Shown: in pieces, positions 18,068-26,451 of the stretch
Layout of the letters: each line of letters begins with the position of its first letter
Numbering within the stretch: position 1 is the first letter of the stretch
Source: a phage
Reading direction: 5' to 3' (one strand)
Sequence record: PZ445489.1
DNA: 64,000 nt
The notes under the pieces: generated by a model
Told to the model about the DNA's origin: nothing
Database searches by the model: none
Seen by the model: only the letters and a program-made list of their open reading frames with translations
Position numbers and translations under genes: made by a program

Positions 18068-18517
18068 ATGAAGGCAGCTTTGCTTTTAGTAGCTGCCCTT
18101 ACCTTCAGCTTTAGTAGTCAGGCATCGCACGATGCAAAAGAAATAGATTGCATTGCTAAAAATATCTATTTCGAAAGTCGTGGTGAGGGCATAAAGGGAA
18201 TGACGGCGATTGCACACGTTACTAAAAACCGTGTAAACTCCGGTAAATTCCCAGATTCCTACTGTAAAGTAGTATATCAGTCTAACCAGTTCTCTTGGGT
18301 ATCTAAGAGACCAAAAGTTGATAAAACTGATGAGGCTTGGCAAACCGCTAAGAATTTAGCTAGAGTGATATACTACGTTGATTTACCACAAGATCCTACA
18401 CATGGAGCACTATACTTCCATAGTGGTAAAGATAAACCTTACTGGACAAAGAAGTTTAAGAAAACAACTAAGATTAAGGGACATACGTTTTATAAACCTG
18501 TTGTCACTAAAACTTAA
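18068..18517 (+). CDS. secreted cell-wall hydrolase (SleB/CwlJ-like)
   Basis: Signal peptide MKAALLLVAALTFSFSSQA, then hydrolase-like region IAKNIYFESRGEG..AIAHVTKNR. Confidence 0.6.
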   Translation: MKAALLLVAALTFSFSSQASHDAKEIDCIAKNIYFESRGEGIKGMTAIAHVTKNRVNSGKFPDSYCKVVYQSNQFSWVSKRPKVDKTDEAWQTAKNLARVIYYVDLPQDPTHGALYFHSGKDKPYWTKKFKKTTKIKGHTFYKPVVTKT

Positions 18518-18572
18518 AAATTTACTTGCTTAAATACTTAAATTTCCGTATAATACTTCCATAAATTAATGA
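18512..18572 (+). promoter_or_regulatory. T5-type early promoter
   Basis: TTGCTT 18525-18530, 18-nt spacer, TATAAT 18549-18554. Confidence 0.6.
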
Positions 18573-18585
18573 GAGGAAGCGAAAT

Positions 18586-18756
18586 ATGAAATCAGTTGTA
18601 ATTATTGGTGTTAACACTCGCGGTATTCGTACTACGAAAATTGTTAAAACTTCTAACGTTGCTGAGATCACTACGAACCCTAAAAAGTTTGATTTCGCCA
18701 AAGTCTCAGCAGTTATGACAGAACAATCTTTTAACCAAGCGTTAGGAATGAAATAA
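18586..18756 (+). CDS. hypothetical protein (56 aa)
   Basis: Small ORF with GAGAGGAAG RBS after promoter; below ORF-track cutoff. Confidence 0.4.
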   Translation: MKSVVIIGVNTRGIRTTKIVKTSNVAEITTNPKKFDFAKVSAVMTEQSFNQALGMK

Positions 18757-19199
18757 TGGAAGAGAATATTTTAGATGTTTTGCGTAGAGCTTTGCAGGAT
18801 TCTAAGTTTAATGGTTCTGATAAAGAAGTCGCTAAAAGCTATCAGACCATAATCGGGGATCTTCAGCGTATTAATAAAGATTTCATCACTTCTGAACAAT
18901 TTGTGTCTTATCTCAAAGCTCAACTAAAAAGCATTAACCAGATGAAAGCTAAACTTCATGGTCAAGATCTTGATAGTTATAGCTTGCAGTCCGCTCAGTA
19001 TGAGTACATTCTAAATAAGTGGTTGCAGGAGTATCTGCCCCCTCAGTTATCTGATACTGAGATTCGTAAATACTTTGCAGAATTAGTTAAGCTAAACCCT
19101 GGAATTACAAAAGGTATGCTGATGAAAGCGATTAAGGAAGAATTTCCTGGGCGTTATGATGGTGGTACTGCTGCTCAGATTGCTGGTGAATTTAATTAA
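18756..19199 (+). CDS. GatB/YqeY-domain protein
   Basis: C-terminal EIRKYFAELVKLNPGITKGMLMKAIKEEFPGRYDG resembles YqeY domain. Confidence 0.5.
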   Translation: MEENILDVLRRALQDSKFNGSDKEVAKSYQTIIGDLQRINKDFITSEQFVSYLKAQLKSINQMKAKLHGQDLDSYSLQSAQYEYILNKWLQEYLPPQLSDTEIRKYFAELVKLNPGITKGMLMKAIKEEFPGRYDGGTAAQIAGEFN

Positions 19200-19254
19200 A
19201 AATTTATTTGCTAAATGCTTATAAATTCTGTATAATATATTCATAAATTAGAGA
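19196..19254 (+). promoter_or_regulatory. T5-type early promoter
   Basis: TTGCTA 19208-19213, 17-nt spacer, TATAAT 19231-19236. Confidence 0.65.
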
Positions 19255-19255
19255 A

Positions 19256-20048
19256 CAGCGAGCCGATTACGCTGAACTTGTCTTAATGTAAGATGCGTCG
19301 AGCACTAAGATTCGTTGAATAGAGTCGGTAGGTTAGTTGTAAAACTAGTACACAGGGGGCGGCAATCCCGGTTAGTGGCTAGAACGTGTAAAATGAGGCG
19401 TCTGAAACCTCTCCCCTAAACTCTTCTCTAATTTATAAATAGTGGGGTGTGGAAATCACTTATGTAGTAACACTGCCGTCCTAGTATAATTGGTATTATC
19501 AAGCCGTAACTGGTGGAAGATATAGATTCGAATCCTACGGTCGGTAAGAACTGGATAACTGATGCTTTTAACGTAAAAGCTTCCGAGGTTAGTTGCGCAC
19601 TGCCTAAACCACGCGGTAGTTGGTTCCAGGCTAACCAACCAGTCTGCTGAATAGTTTTATTACGATTTAACTATGTCCAGGCTAAAGAAGAACTTTAGAA
19701 GGTATTCTAGGATAGTGAAGTTTTTTCTCCATATCGGAGTAGTTTTTCAAGCTATCCACAAAGTGGGAAATGCTGACATGAGAGATGTCACTAATGGTGC
19801 ACAATAGCACAGGTAATTCGCGATAACTCCTGTTGAGTAGCAGCAAAAGGCGGGAAGTCATGACCCCAAGCCTAACCGAGTCCTCAATATACCGCAGGAC
19901 ATAACCACTAAGTCACCCTGACTTAAACTGGAAAATAATAGACGTTACTGTATTTTGTCTTGAAATACTTAATGAGTGAGACTTATGACTCTCCCGGTAT
20001 CGTCTGTATTTTTAAGAGTTTTTACGAGAGTTCTTAAAAATATTTAAA
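19256..20048 (+). ncRNA. promoter-driven ORF-free structured region (function unknown)
   Basis: About 790 nt with no ORF over 10 codons with RBS on + strand; hairpins and a T-loop-like GATTCGAATCC; precedes tRNA-Arg. Confidence 0.3.
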
Positions 20049-20123
20049 CGGGGTGTAGTCTAAGGGAGAGGCAGGAGTCTTCTAAATTCCTTTATGCAGG
20101 TTCGAATCCTGTCACCTCGGCCA
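20049..20123 (+). tRNA. tRNA-Arg (anticodon TCT)
   Basis: Hand-folded cloverleaf: acceptor cggggtg/cacctcg, anticodon loop CTTCTAA, T-loop TTCGAAT, encoded CCA. Confidence 0.7.
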
Positions 20124-20157
20124 ATTTTATTAACTGTAACTAAAACAAAGGAAATAT

Positions 20158-21105
20158 ATGTTTAATACTAAAAATATGAAAGAACTGACTTCTGAGCAGA
20201 AAGTAATTCGTACTATTAAACGTTGGGGTATTGGTGCTGTAGTTGGTTTAGCAGGCTTGATTCTAGCCTTTAATTCATATACTATTGTTTCTGATGGTAC
20301 GGTTAAAACCCAAACATTTCTGGGTAAAGTAGATCCTAACCCAGTATTACCAGGTTTCCATCTTGTAAACCCATTTGCATCTTTCGACACTTTTAGTACA
20401 AAAGATATTGCTGTAAAATTAGATAAACTTCAGGTTCCTAGCCAGGATAAGTTTAAATCCACTGTTGACCTGACTGTTATGTTGCAGTTTGATGGTTCTA
20501 AGGCACCAATTAACCGTATTAACGCAGGTACTCAGGATCAAGCGTTAGACAAATATGTAACTGAAAAATTACTGTCTACTATTCGTGAGTTTGGTAAGTC
20601 TGTACCTAAAGCACAAGATTTGTTTGATGCTAAAATTCAGGCTCAATTGCAAACTGCAATTCAACAGGAAGTTGAAGAGTATGCACGCCCATATGGTTAC
20701 ACAGTTAAGCAGGTATTCCTTCAGGATATTACTTTGCCACCGGTAATCATGGAACAGGTACAGAATACCAAAGTTCGTGAAGAACAGGTTAATGCTGCTA
20801 AAGCTGAATTAGCTCGTGTTGAACAGGAAGCACAGCAAAAAGTTAAACAAGCAGAAGCAGATCGTGAAGCTCGCAACAACCAAGCTATCGCTAATGAACG
20901 TGACGCAGATGCTAAACTGTACGCAGCTAAGAAAGAAGCTGAAGCTAACGCCGCACTGCAACGTACCATTACTCCTGAGATGATTCGTTGGAAACAACTG
21001 GAAGTCGAAATGATTCGTGCTCAGAAATATCAAGGTGGTGTACCACAGACTGTGGTAGGTACTGGCTACGATGGTCAAATGATCATGGATATGCGTAATA
21101 AATAA
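20158..21105 (+). CDS. SPFH/band-7 (prohibitin/HflC-like) membrane protein
   Basis: N-terminal TM helix then SPFH-like region and Ala/Gln/Glu-rich coiled coil. Confidence 0.7.
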   Translation: MFNTKNMKELTSEQKVIRTIKRWGIGAVVGLAGLILAFNSYTIVSDGTVKTQTFLGKVDPNPVLPGFHLVNPFASFDTFSTKDIAVKLDKLQVPSQDKFKSTVDLTVMLQFDGSKAPINRINAGTQDQALDKYVTEKLLSTIREFGKSVPKAQDLFDAKIQAQLQTAIQQEVEEYARPYGYTVKQVFLQDITLPPVIMEQVQNTKVREEQVNAAKAELARVEQEAQQKVKQAEADREARNNQAIANERDADAKLYAAKKEAEANAALQRTITPEMIRWKQLEVEMIRAQKYQGGVPQTVVGTGYDGQMIMDMRNK

Positions 21106-21127
21106 TATCCGCATGTAACATCTGAAG

Positions 21128-21170
21128 TAAGCCCTGCGTTCCCTGGAGAGCGCAGGGCTTTTCTTTTATC
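21128..21170. terminator. rho-independent terminator
   Basis: agccctgcg..cgcagggct stem followed by TTTTCTTTT. Confidence 0.6.
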
Positions 21171-21180
21171 TTAAATACAG

Positions 21181-21220
21181 AAAAGCCCCTAAGTCTTTCG
21201 ACTAGGGGCTTTATTGTTTG
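21181..21220. terminator. rho-independent terminator between convergent genes
   Basis: aaaagcccctag..ctaggggcttt stem with A/T runs on both sides. Confidence 0.6.
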
Positions 21221-21225
21221 GTTCT

Positions 21226-21420
21226 TCAGAACCACACTCTCGGTGTACAGCAACCACCCATACGGGAGGCCAATCTTGACTGAAAATCTACTCTAGGGGG
21301 CAGGATAAGAGTAGGCTTAAAGGCAAAGGGATTGAACGCCGGTATTTGTGTAAACATTGCTGGAGAGCAACAACGTGCTACAGGCATTGGGCAGCACGAA
21401 ACAGGTTTTCTGCAACACAT
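21226..21420 (-). CDS. Cys-rich small protein (64 aa)
   Basis: Strong RBS AAGGAG 5 nt before ATG; four CC pairs. Confidence 0.4.
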   Translation of the reverse strand: MCCRKPVSCCPMPVARCCSPAMFTQIPAFNPFAFKPTLILPPRVDFQSRLASRMGGCCTPRVWF

Positions 21421-21429
21421 AATTTCTCC

Positions 21430-21846
21430 TTAGGAGTTATTACCACCATTTTGAGCTTTTGCAACTTGGCTTTGGCAGAAGCTATTAAACTTACCCATAA
21501 GTGATACAAGCTGCTTCCCATCCTCTGTCTTTGCGAAGTCTTCGAAAAGGGCTAGTACTGCCTGTCCTTCCGCAGAAACCTGCGGTTGTTGGGTTTGCTG
21601 CTGAACTTGCTGCTGCGGCATCTGTTGTTGCATTTGTTGAGGCATTTGCGACTGCCCGCTCATTTGCTGCATCATTTGCATAGGACTCACACTTCCAGGG
21701 TTTTGCTGGAGTTGTTGTTGCATCTGTTGCGCTTCTGCTAAACGCTGTTGCAATTGTTGTAAGTAGGGGTTATCCAGACCCGGAATGGGCTGCTGGGAGC
21801 CCATACTTTGATTAAGTCCGTTATTTACAAAACCATATTTACTCAT
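21430..21846 (-). CDS. Gln-rich low-complexity protein (138 aa)
   Basis: ORF with poly-Q/M repeats and structured C-terminal segment. Confidence 0.5.
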   Translation of the reverse strand: MSKYGFVNNGLNQSMGSQQPIPGLDNPYLQQLQQRLAEAQQMQQQLQQNPGSVSPMQMMQQMSGQSQMPQQMQQQMPQQQVQQQTQQPQVSAEGQAVLALFEDFAKTEDGKQLVSLMGKFNSFCQSQVAKAQNGGNNS

Positions 21847-21867
21847 AATGGGCTCCTCCCCTTAATA

Positions 21868-22860
21868 TTAAGCCGGCAGTTTAGCCTGCAGACCAGCCAG
21901 AGTCTGAGTGATAGCACCAAGACTTACAGCGATTTGATTAATTACCTGACCGTTAGCACCGTTACCCGCAGCGATTGCTTCACGTAGGCGACATGCATCT
22001 AACTCATCCTGAATACGAGCAGTAGTTACACCAGCGATAGCAGTCTGAAGTTCACAGCAACATTCAGCGATCTGACGTTCCAGAGAGTTCTGGTTAGCAC
22101 ACATCTGAGCCTGAACAGCGGCAAACTGGTTATTAGTTTGTAAAGTCTGCTGGAAAGCGATCTGTGCAGAATCAAACTTATCTTGTGCACGAGCTATCTG
22201 ATTAGCTGCGAAAGATTGATCAATCTGGCGAGAAAGATCGAACTGACCCTGAATAACGTTGCGAGTTTCCTGACAGATCTGATTAGACAGATTAGCACCT
22301 GTACCATAGATCGTAGTTAGTACAGACTGAGTATCACGGCTCTGGTTTTGGGATGTCTGGCTAAACCCATTGTTAACTGCGCTTAAAACAGCTCCAGTAC
22401 CCTGGTTAGCTTCTGTACGAGTAGTGTTAATAGCTGCTAGAATACTAGCGGTATCTTGGTTCTGAAGTACTGCATCAACTGCGGTACCATCACCAACTAC
22501 ACCACGTCCACCGAATCCACCGAAACCACCGAATCCGCCTGTTAATAGAGCACCGATTAGGATAGCTCCGAATAGTCCCATACCTTCACCACCGAAAGCA
22601 CCTGCGTTTGCTGGGTAACCACCCAGTAGGCCAGGGAAGCCACTAGTAAATACGTTTACTGGTTCTTGCATTTTATGTTTTCCATATTTATGACAATGTT
22701 CATCGTCATCTTCTTCATCATCGTGTTCACGATGTTTTTCTTCGTAGGCTCTGACCTTCTCCCACTTTTTCTTATCTGATTCCTCGTGACGGTGCAGTTC
22801 TGCTGCAACGCTAGCGACGGTCTCAGGACTCTTAGCTACTTCTTCTGTCATTTTTGACAC
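21868..22860 (-). CDS. membrane protein with His/acidic N-terminus, Gly-zipper TM segment and Q/N/T-rich domain
   Basis: GLFGAILIGALLTGGFGGFGGFGG hydrophobic Gly-rich segment; ECCCELQ cluster; RBS GGAGG. Confidence 0.55.
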   Translation of the reverse strand: MSKMTEEVAKSPETVASVAAELHRHEESDKKKWEKVRAYEEKHREHDDEEDDDEHCHKYGKHKMQEPVNVFTSGFPGLLGGYPANAGAFGGEGMGLFGAILIGALLTGGFGGFGGFGGRGVVGDGTAVDAVLQNQDTASILAAINTTRTEANQGTGAVLSAVNNGFSQTSQNQSRDTQSVLTTIYGTGANLSNQICQETRNVIQGQFDLSRQIDQSFAANQIARAQDKFDSAQIAFQQTLQTNNQFAAVQAQMCANQNSLERQIAECCCELQTAIAGVTTARIQDELDACRLREAIAAGNGANGQVINQIAVSLGAITQTLAGLQAKLPA

Positions 22861-22912
22861 CTCCTAGTATATAGAAAATGTGTGTCTCTTTGATCACTCA
22901 TCCATAACATAT

Positions 22913-22942
22913 ACTTTACACTACCCCAGCGAAAATGTCAAG
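22913..22942 (-). promoter_or_regulatory. candidate sigma70 promoter for leftward operon
   Basis: Minus strand TTGACA (22936-22941), 16-nt spacer, TAAAGT (22914-22919); not the T5 early consensus. Confidence 0.3.
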
Positions 22943-23043
22943 GGGTCTTTAAAAATTGCCCCTGAATTTTTAGTGGGGTCACAAATTTTGGTCCTCACCA
23001 CTTATCTGCTATCCTTAAGTGCCCTATGATTTTCCTCTAAAAA

Positions 23044-23104
23044 GTTAAAAAATTTGATTGCTTGAATGCTAAATTCTCTGTATAATATATCTATAAATTT
23101 GAAA
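23044..23104 (+). promoter_or_regulatory. T5-type early promoter
   Basis: TTGCTT 23058-23063, 17-nt spacer, TATAAT 23081-23086. Confidence 0.65.
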
Positions 23105-23116
23105 GAGGAACCAAAT

Positions 23117-23635
23117 ATGAATGTTGATGAGCTAACACAGCACCTCTTATCTAGAGGATTTGATACAGATAAATATCATTGCTGGTTAAGTCCGGAAGGA
23201 TGGCTAACAGTCCCGTTGTATGACTTCTCTGGGATGTTGAGGGGCTATCAAACTTATAATCCTTCTGCTCCAAAAGGTCATGGTAAGTGCCCCTTTGAAG
23301 CTAAATACTTTACTTATTCTACTACCCAGTGTGTATGGGGACTAGAAACTCTCAATGGAGATGAAAAAGTAGTATTGATTGCTGAATCTGTATTTAAGGC
23401 AGTTGCGTTACATAATGCTGGTTATCCAGCCCTAGCAATGTTGGGTTCTTCTCCAGGAAAAGCGTTATTAAAGCAACTGAAATTACTACCTTTTAAATTG
23501 GTAGCTGTCGGAGATAATGATCCTGCGGGTGAAAAATTTGCTAGAAAATTAAACGGCTTTGTTTCTCCCGTAGATGTGGATGAGATGTCTACCGAAAACT
23601 TGAAAAATTTTCTTGCTATGAAGCTAAATTTCTAA
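23117..23635 (+). CDS. Toprim-domain-like protein (172 aa)
   Basis: VVLIAESVFKAVAL..LVAVGDNDPAGEKFARKL resembles Toprim acidic motifs; ATG 23117 after GAAAGAGG. Confidence 0.45.
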   Translation: MNVDELTQHLLSRGFDTDKYHCWLSPEGWLTVPLYDFSGMLRGYQTYNPSAPKGHGKCPFEAKYFTYSTTQCVWGLETLNGDEKVVLIAESVFKAVALHNAGYPALAMLGSSPGKALLKQLKLLPFKLVAVGDNDPAGEKFARKLNGFVSPVDVDEMSTENLKNFLAMKLNF

Positions 23636-23655
23636 TATAATATATCTTATAAATT
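23600..23655 (+). promoter_or_regulatory. T5-type promoter inside 3' end of CDS, upstream of tRNAs
   Basis: TTGCTA 23613-23618, 17-nt spacer, TATAAT 23636-23641. Confidence 0.55.
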
Positions 23656-23656
23656 C

Positions 23657-23745
23657 GGAAGAATAGCATAACGGTATTGCAGCAGATTGCTAATCTGTCG
23701 GTTTGAAATATAGCCTTGTGGGTTCGATTCCCGCTTCTTCCGCCA
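23657..23745 (+). tRNA. tRNA-Ser (anticodon GCT)
   Basis: Acceptor ggaagaa/ttcttcc, anticodon loop TTGCTAA, 19-nt variable arm, T-loop TTCGATT, CCA. Confidence 0.7.
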
Positions 23746-23751
23746 AATTCT

Positions 23752-23829
23752 GGTTCTCAAGCTCATATGGTATGAGCACCCGGCTCATAACCGGAAGGTA
23801 CGTAGGTTCGAATCCTCGGGGAGCCACCA
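23752..23829 (+). tRNA. tRNA with anticodon CAT (Met, fMet or Ile2 undetermined)
   Basis: Acceptor ggttctc/gggagcc (2 G-U), anticodon loop CTCATAA, T-loop TTCGAAT, CCA; T-stem has 2 mismatches. Confidence 0.55.
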
Positions 23830-23848
23830 AATTAAATAGAGGTCACAA

Positions 23849-24037
23849 ATGGATCTATATATAGTTTATGTTGTGTTTATCCAAGATAGAGAATACCCGG
23901 ATGAATATAAAAAAGGATATAGGTTAGCCAGAGCTACCTCTGAAGCCCAAGCTATGGATAAAGTGGCAGATTATATGATTACGGTAGAAAACATACACTA
24001 TATCGACTACCTTGAAGCCTCAAAAGTAATTGACTAA
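23849..24037 (+). CDS. hypothetical protein (62 aa)
   Basis: ORF with GAGG RBS. Confidence 0.4.
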   Translation: MDLYIVYVVFIQDREYPDEYKKGYRLARATSEAQAMDKVADYMITVENIHYIDYLEASKVID

Positions 24038-24046
24038 GGAGACTAT

Positions 24047-24232
24047 ATGTCTAAGTTTCAAGAACTCAAGCAAGAGCTAGAAGAATGTGCCTGCCCTGAG
24101 TGTAGAGGAATTGGTGAAAGTTCTGATGCAGAAGCAGGAGATACTTTTTGCAATATCTGGGTTTGCCCAAATTGCAATGGTACAGGTATTAATCCTAACT
24201 GTGGTATTTCCCTAGATATTGAACGAGGATAA
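24047..24232 (+). CDS. Cys-rich zinc-ribbon-like protein (61 aa)
   Basis: CACPECRG...CPNCNG paired CxxC motifs. Confidence 0.4.
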   Translation: MSKFQELKQELEECACPECRGIGESSDAEAGDTFCNIWVCPNCNGTGINPNCGISLDIERG

Positions 24233-24333
24233 TACCTGTAAAACTAAAAGATTATTATATTGGTTGGTTTGTGGGACTAGTAGTAGGATTTTCACTAGGC
24301 TATAATATGTATCAACTAATAAACTGATTACAC

Positions 24334-24410
24334 GGGGGTGTAATCGAATTGGCATAGGTACTGGACTTAAAATTCAGGTTTTGTGGGTTCGAATCCCACC
24401 ACCCCTACCA
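24334..24410 (+). tRNA. tRNA, anticodon TAA (Leu codon UUA) with short variable loop
   Basis: Acceptor gggggtg/cacccct, anticodon stem ctgga/ttcag, loop CTTAAAA, T-loop TTCGAAT, CCA. Confidence 0.55.
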
Positions 24411-24425
24411 AACTAAGGAAATAAG

Positions 24426-24593
24426 ATGTATAGACATCCACCTCCGCCAACACGTCGTTCTAGAGAAGTTATCCTCATGGAATTGACTAAAAACTTCAAG
24501 GCAACTCTTGAAGATAGAGATCTAGGTACAGATGAAGACGTTGATTTCATTTGTAAACTATTAAAAATGAAGCTGGAGAAACATCATGGCTAA
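24426..24593 (+). CDS. hypothetical protein (55 aa)
   Basis: ORF with AAGGAA RBS; stop overlaps next start. Confidence 0.4.
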   Translation: MYRHPPPPTRRSREVILMELTKNFKATLEDRDLGTDEDVDFICKLLKMKLEKHHG

Positions 24594-24792
24594 CCGTGAA
24601 ATTACTATGCAACGAATCATGACTAAAGGCATGATAGCCGAGGCAGGTATTGAACAAGAAGTAAAAGGCTATTACGAACAGATTAAGACTATTATAGACT
24701 CTGCTAAAAACACCGGAGAAAAAGAACACGGTGCAGCAATTATGGCTATAACTCTTATTAGCCTAGACTTAGCTGAAGAATCTGGAGTTTAG
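24586..24792 (+). CDS. hypothetical protein (68 aa)
   Basis: ORF, ATGGCTAA overlap with upstream ORF. Confidence 0.45.
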   Translation: MANREITMQRIMTKGMIAEAGIEQEVKGYYEQIKTIIDSAKNTGEKEHGAAIMAITLISLDLAEESGV

Positions 24793-24809
24793 CTCCTCCA
24801 AACAGAATT

Positions 24810-24868
24810 TTTAAAAATGTACTTGCCTTTTGCTTTAAATTTCTGATATAATAGTTGTATAAATTGAT
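24810..24868 (+). promoter_or_regulatory. T5-type early promoter
   Basis: TTGCCT 24823-24828, 18-nt spacer, TATAAT 24847-24852. Confidence 0.6.
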
Positions 24869-24882
24869 GAAGGAGTTAACGA

Positions 24883-25158
24883 ATGCAAAATCGTGTTGTA
24901 GCAACTGGTATTGAAAGTGCAATCTGCAAATCCTGGGAAGACTGGGAAGGTGAGATTGAGTGGCTCTATCTCTATAACGTAGATCTTCTACCGGAGGTTA
25001 AAGCTAAATGTATTGAAGCTGGCATGGCTCCAGATGCAAAAGCTGATATTGATATTTCAATGTCTGAACTTAAAGGTCGTGTAATTACTGTTAGTGATGA
25101 GGGCGAAGAAGTTTTCGAACTTCCGTTCTCCTTAACTGTCACTCCTAAGTTCGACTAA
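24883..25158 (+). CDS. hypothetical protein (91 aa)
   Basis: ORF with AAGGAG RBS. Confidence 0.5.
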   Translation: MQNRVVATGIESAICKSWEDWEGEIEWLYLYNVDLLPEVKAKCIEAGMAPDAKADIDISMSELKGRVITVSDEGEEVFELPFSLTVTPKFD

Positions 25159-25181
25159 CTAATACAGCACTGAGCAAGTTC

Positions 25182-25238
25182 TTTAAAATTTGACTTGCTC
25201 AGTGCCTTAAAACTTGGTATAATATTTACCTAATTTGG
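25182..25238 (+). promoter_or_regulatory. T5-type promoter upstream of tRNA block
   Basis: TTGCTC 25195-25200, 16-nt spacer, TATAAT 25217-25222. Confidence 0.55.
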
Positions 25239-25288
25239 AAACATATTTAAAAGTGTTTAAATGAGAATTTTTGAATACTTCTAAATAT

Positions 25289-25379
25289 GTTGGATTAGTA
25301 TCGTAGAGGTAGCGAAGCAGACTGTAAATCTGCCGACTCGGAAGGGTCTCGGGTGGTTCGACTCCATCATCCAACACCA
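25289..25379 (+). tRNA. tRNA-Tyr (anticodon GTA)
   Basis: Acceptor gttggat/atccaac, anticodon stem gcaga/tctgc, loop CTGTAAA, 18-nt variable arm, T-loop TTCGACT, CCA. Confidence 0.7.
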
Positions 25380-25386
25380 AATTTAA

Positions 25387-25463
25387 GTCCTGTTAGACAA
25401 ACTGGTAAAGTCACTACCCTTTCAAGGTAGGATTTGCGGGTTCGATCCCCGCACAGGACGCCA
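25387..25463 (+). tRNA. tRNA-Glu (anticodon TTC)
   Basis: Acceptor gtcctgt/acaggac, anticodon stem ctacc/ggtag, loop CTTTCAA, T-loop TTCGATC, CCA. Confidence 0.7.
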
Positions 25464-25471
25464 ATTTCTGC

Positions 25472-25548
25472 ATTCCTAGAGTGTTACTGGACAGCATGTC
25501 GGTCTCCAAAACCGTACGGTCTAGGTTCGAGTCCTAGTAGGTTTGCCA
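25472..25548 (+). tRNA. tRNA-Trp (anticodon CCA), possibly degenerate
   Basis: Perfect T-arm ctagg-TTCGAGT-cctag, anticodon loop CTCCAAA, CCA; acceptor stem has two U-U mismatches. Confidence 0.5.
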
Positions 25549-25554
25549 AAATTT

Positions 25555-25629
25555 GCACCTTTAGCTGAGATGGATTAGCGCTTGCCTGAAGAGCTTGAGA
25601 GGTTCGTTCGATACGAACAGGGTGCACCA
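25555..25629 (+). tRNA. tRNA-Phe (anticodon GAA)
   Basis: Acceptor gcacctt/agggtgc, T-arm gttcg-TTCGATA-cgaac, loop CTGAAGA; anticodon stem has 2 mismatches. Confidence 0.5.
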
Positions 25630-25646
25630 AATTGAAGGAGCTGCTG

Positions 25647-25919
25647 ATGCATCCTGAAAACTTCTTTATTTACTGCGCTGATAAGTCGCTAAAACGTAGA
25701 ATTAACAAAGTCTACCATTATCGTGCTAGTCAACAGCCTTATGTATATGCTTTTGACGGTGATCACATTCCATTAGAACAATTATCTTGTGATTACATGA
25801 TATTAAAGAACTTTGACGAGACGAAGATCTCAAGCGTTCACAATCGGCAGAATCCATTAACGTGGAAATATAAGAAGAAAAAGAAAGGCATCAAATTCTT
25901 AAAAAATATAGTTGCTTAG
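25647..25919 (+). CDS. hypothetical protein (90 aa)
   Basis: ATG 25647 after AAGGAG RBS (track start 25632 is TTG). Confidence 0.5.
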   Translation: MHPENFFIYCADKSLKRRINKVYHYRASQQPYVYAFDGDHIPLEQLSCDYMILKNFDETKISSVHNRQNPLTWKYKKKKKGIKFLKNIVA

Positions 25920-25955
25920 TTTCCAAAAGTTCTGTATAATAATTACATAAATTGA
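25898..25955 (+). promoter_or_regulatory. T5-type promoter
   Basis: TTGCTT 25912-25917, 17-nt spacer, TATAAT 25935-25940. Confidence 0.55.
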
Positions 25956-25988
25956 ACTGGAGAAGCAACATGACAGAACAAGATAAAC

Positions 25989-26064
25989 CGACCGTTGGCT
26001 GAATGGCTTAGGCGAAGGATTGCAAATCCTTTTTATGTGAGTTCAAATCTCATGCGGTCGTCCA
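25989..26064 (+). tRNA. tRNA-Cys (anticodon GCA)
   Basis: Acceptor cgaccgt/gcggtcg, anticodon stem aagga/tcctt, loop TTGCAAA, T-loop TTCAAAT, CCA. Confidence 0.65.
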
Positions 26065-26071
26065 AATTTTA

Positions 26072-26154
26072 GGGTCGTTAGCCAAGCGGTTTGGCGGTGG
26101 ACTGTTAATCCATGTCGAAAGACAACGTAGGTTCGAATCCTACACGGCCCGCCA
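26072..26154 (+). tRNA. tRNA-Asn (anticodon GTT) with 13-nt variable hairpin
   Basis: Acceptor gggtcgt/acggccc, D-stem gcca/tggc, anticodon loop CTGTTAA, variable gtcGAAAgac, T-arm gtagg-TTCGAAT-cctac, CCA. Confidence 0.6.
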
Positions 26155-26256
26155 AATTCTGTGTAGAGTTAAGTAAACCGGTAGCCAACCAGCTATCATT
26201 GCTGACATCGAATTCAGCCACAGATACCATTTTCATTAATAACTGAGGAAACAAGC

Positions 26257-26442
26257 ATGTCCAAGAATGTAATTGCGCAGCTAGAAGTTCATCGTGATAG
26301 CACTATCAACAATATTGAAGTTGAAAAGAAATACATCGAAGAACTTAAACATGATATACTAGTGAGTCTCAACCGTCTTAATGTACGAAAAGAGTTTCTT
26401 AAAGAACTTAATGCAGCTATTGAAAAACTCAAAGCTGAGTAA
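26257..26442 (+). CDS. hypothetical protein (61 aa)
   Basis: ORF with GAGGAA RBS. Confidence 0.45.
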   Translation: MSKNVIAQLEVHRDSTINNIEVEKKYIEELKHDILVSLNRLNVRKEFLKELNAAIEKLKAE

Positions 26443-26451
26443 ATGAATTAT

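Noticed and set aside
19256-20048. Group I intron, suggested by AAGATATAGATTC resembling the S element and ACTAGTACACAGGG resembling part of the P7 region
   Set aside because: No interrupted host gene or exon junctions could be identified and the resemblance is short; left as an unexplained noncoding region.
181-21114. Antisense or internal ORF-track frames inside larger genes (181..363, 1426..1608, 3131..3343, 5222..5455, 8374..8664, 8533..8715, 9858..10148, 10973..11176, 14521..14784, 16645..17443, 20130..20390, 20721..21114)
   Set aside because: Each lies within or antisense to a better-supported CDS with recognisable motifs and has no RBS or operon context.
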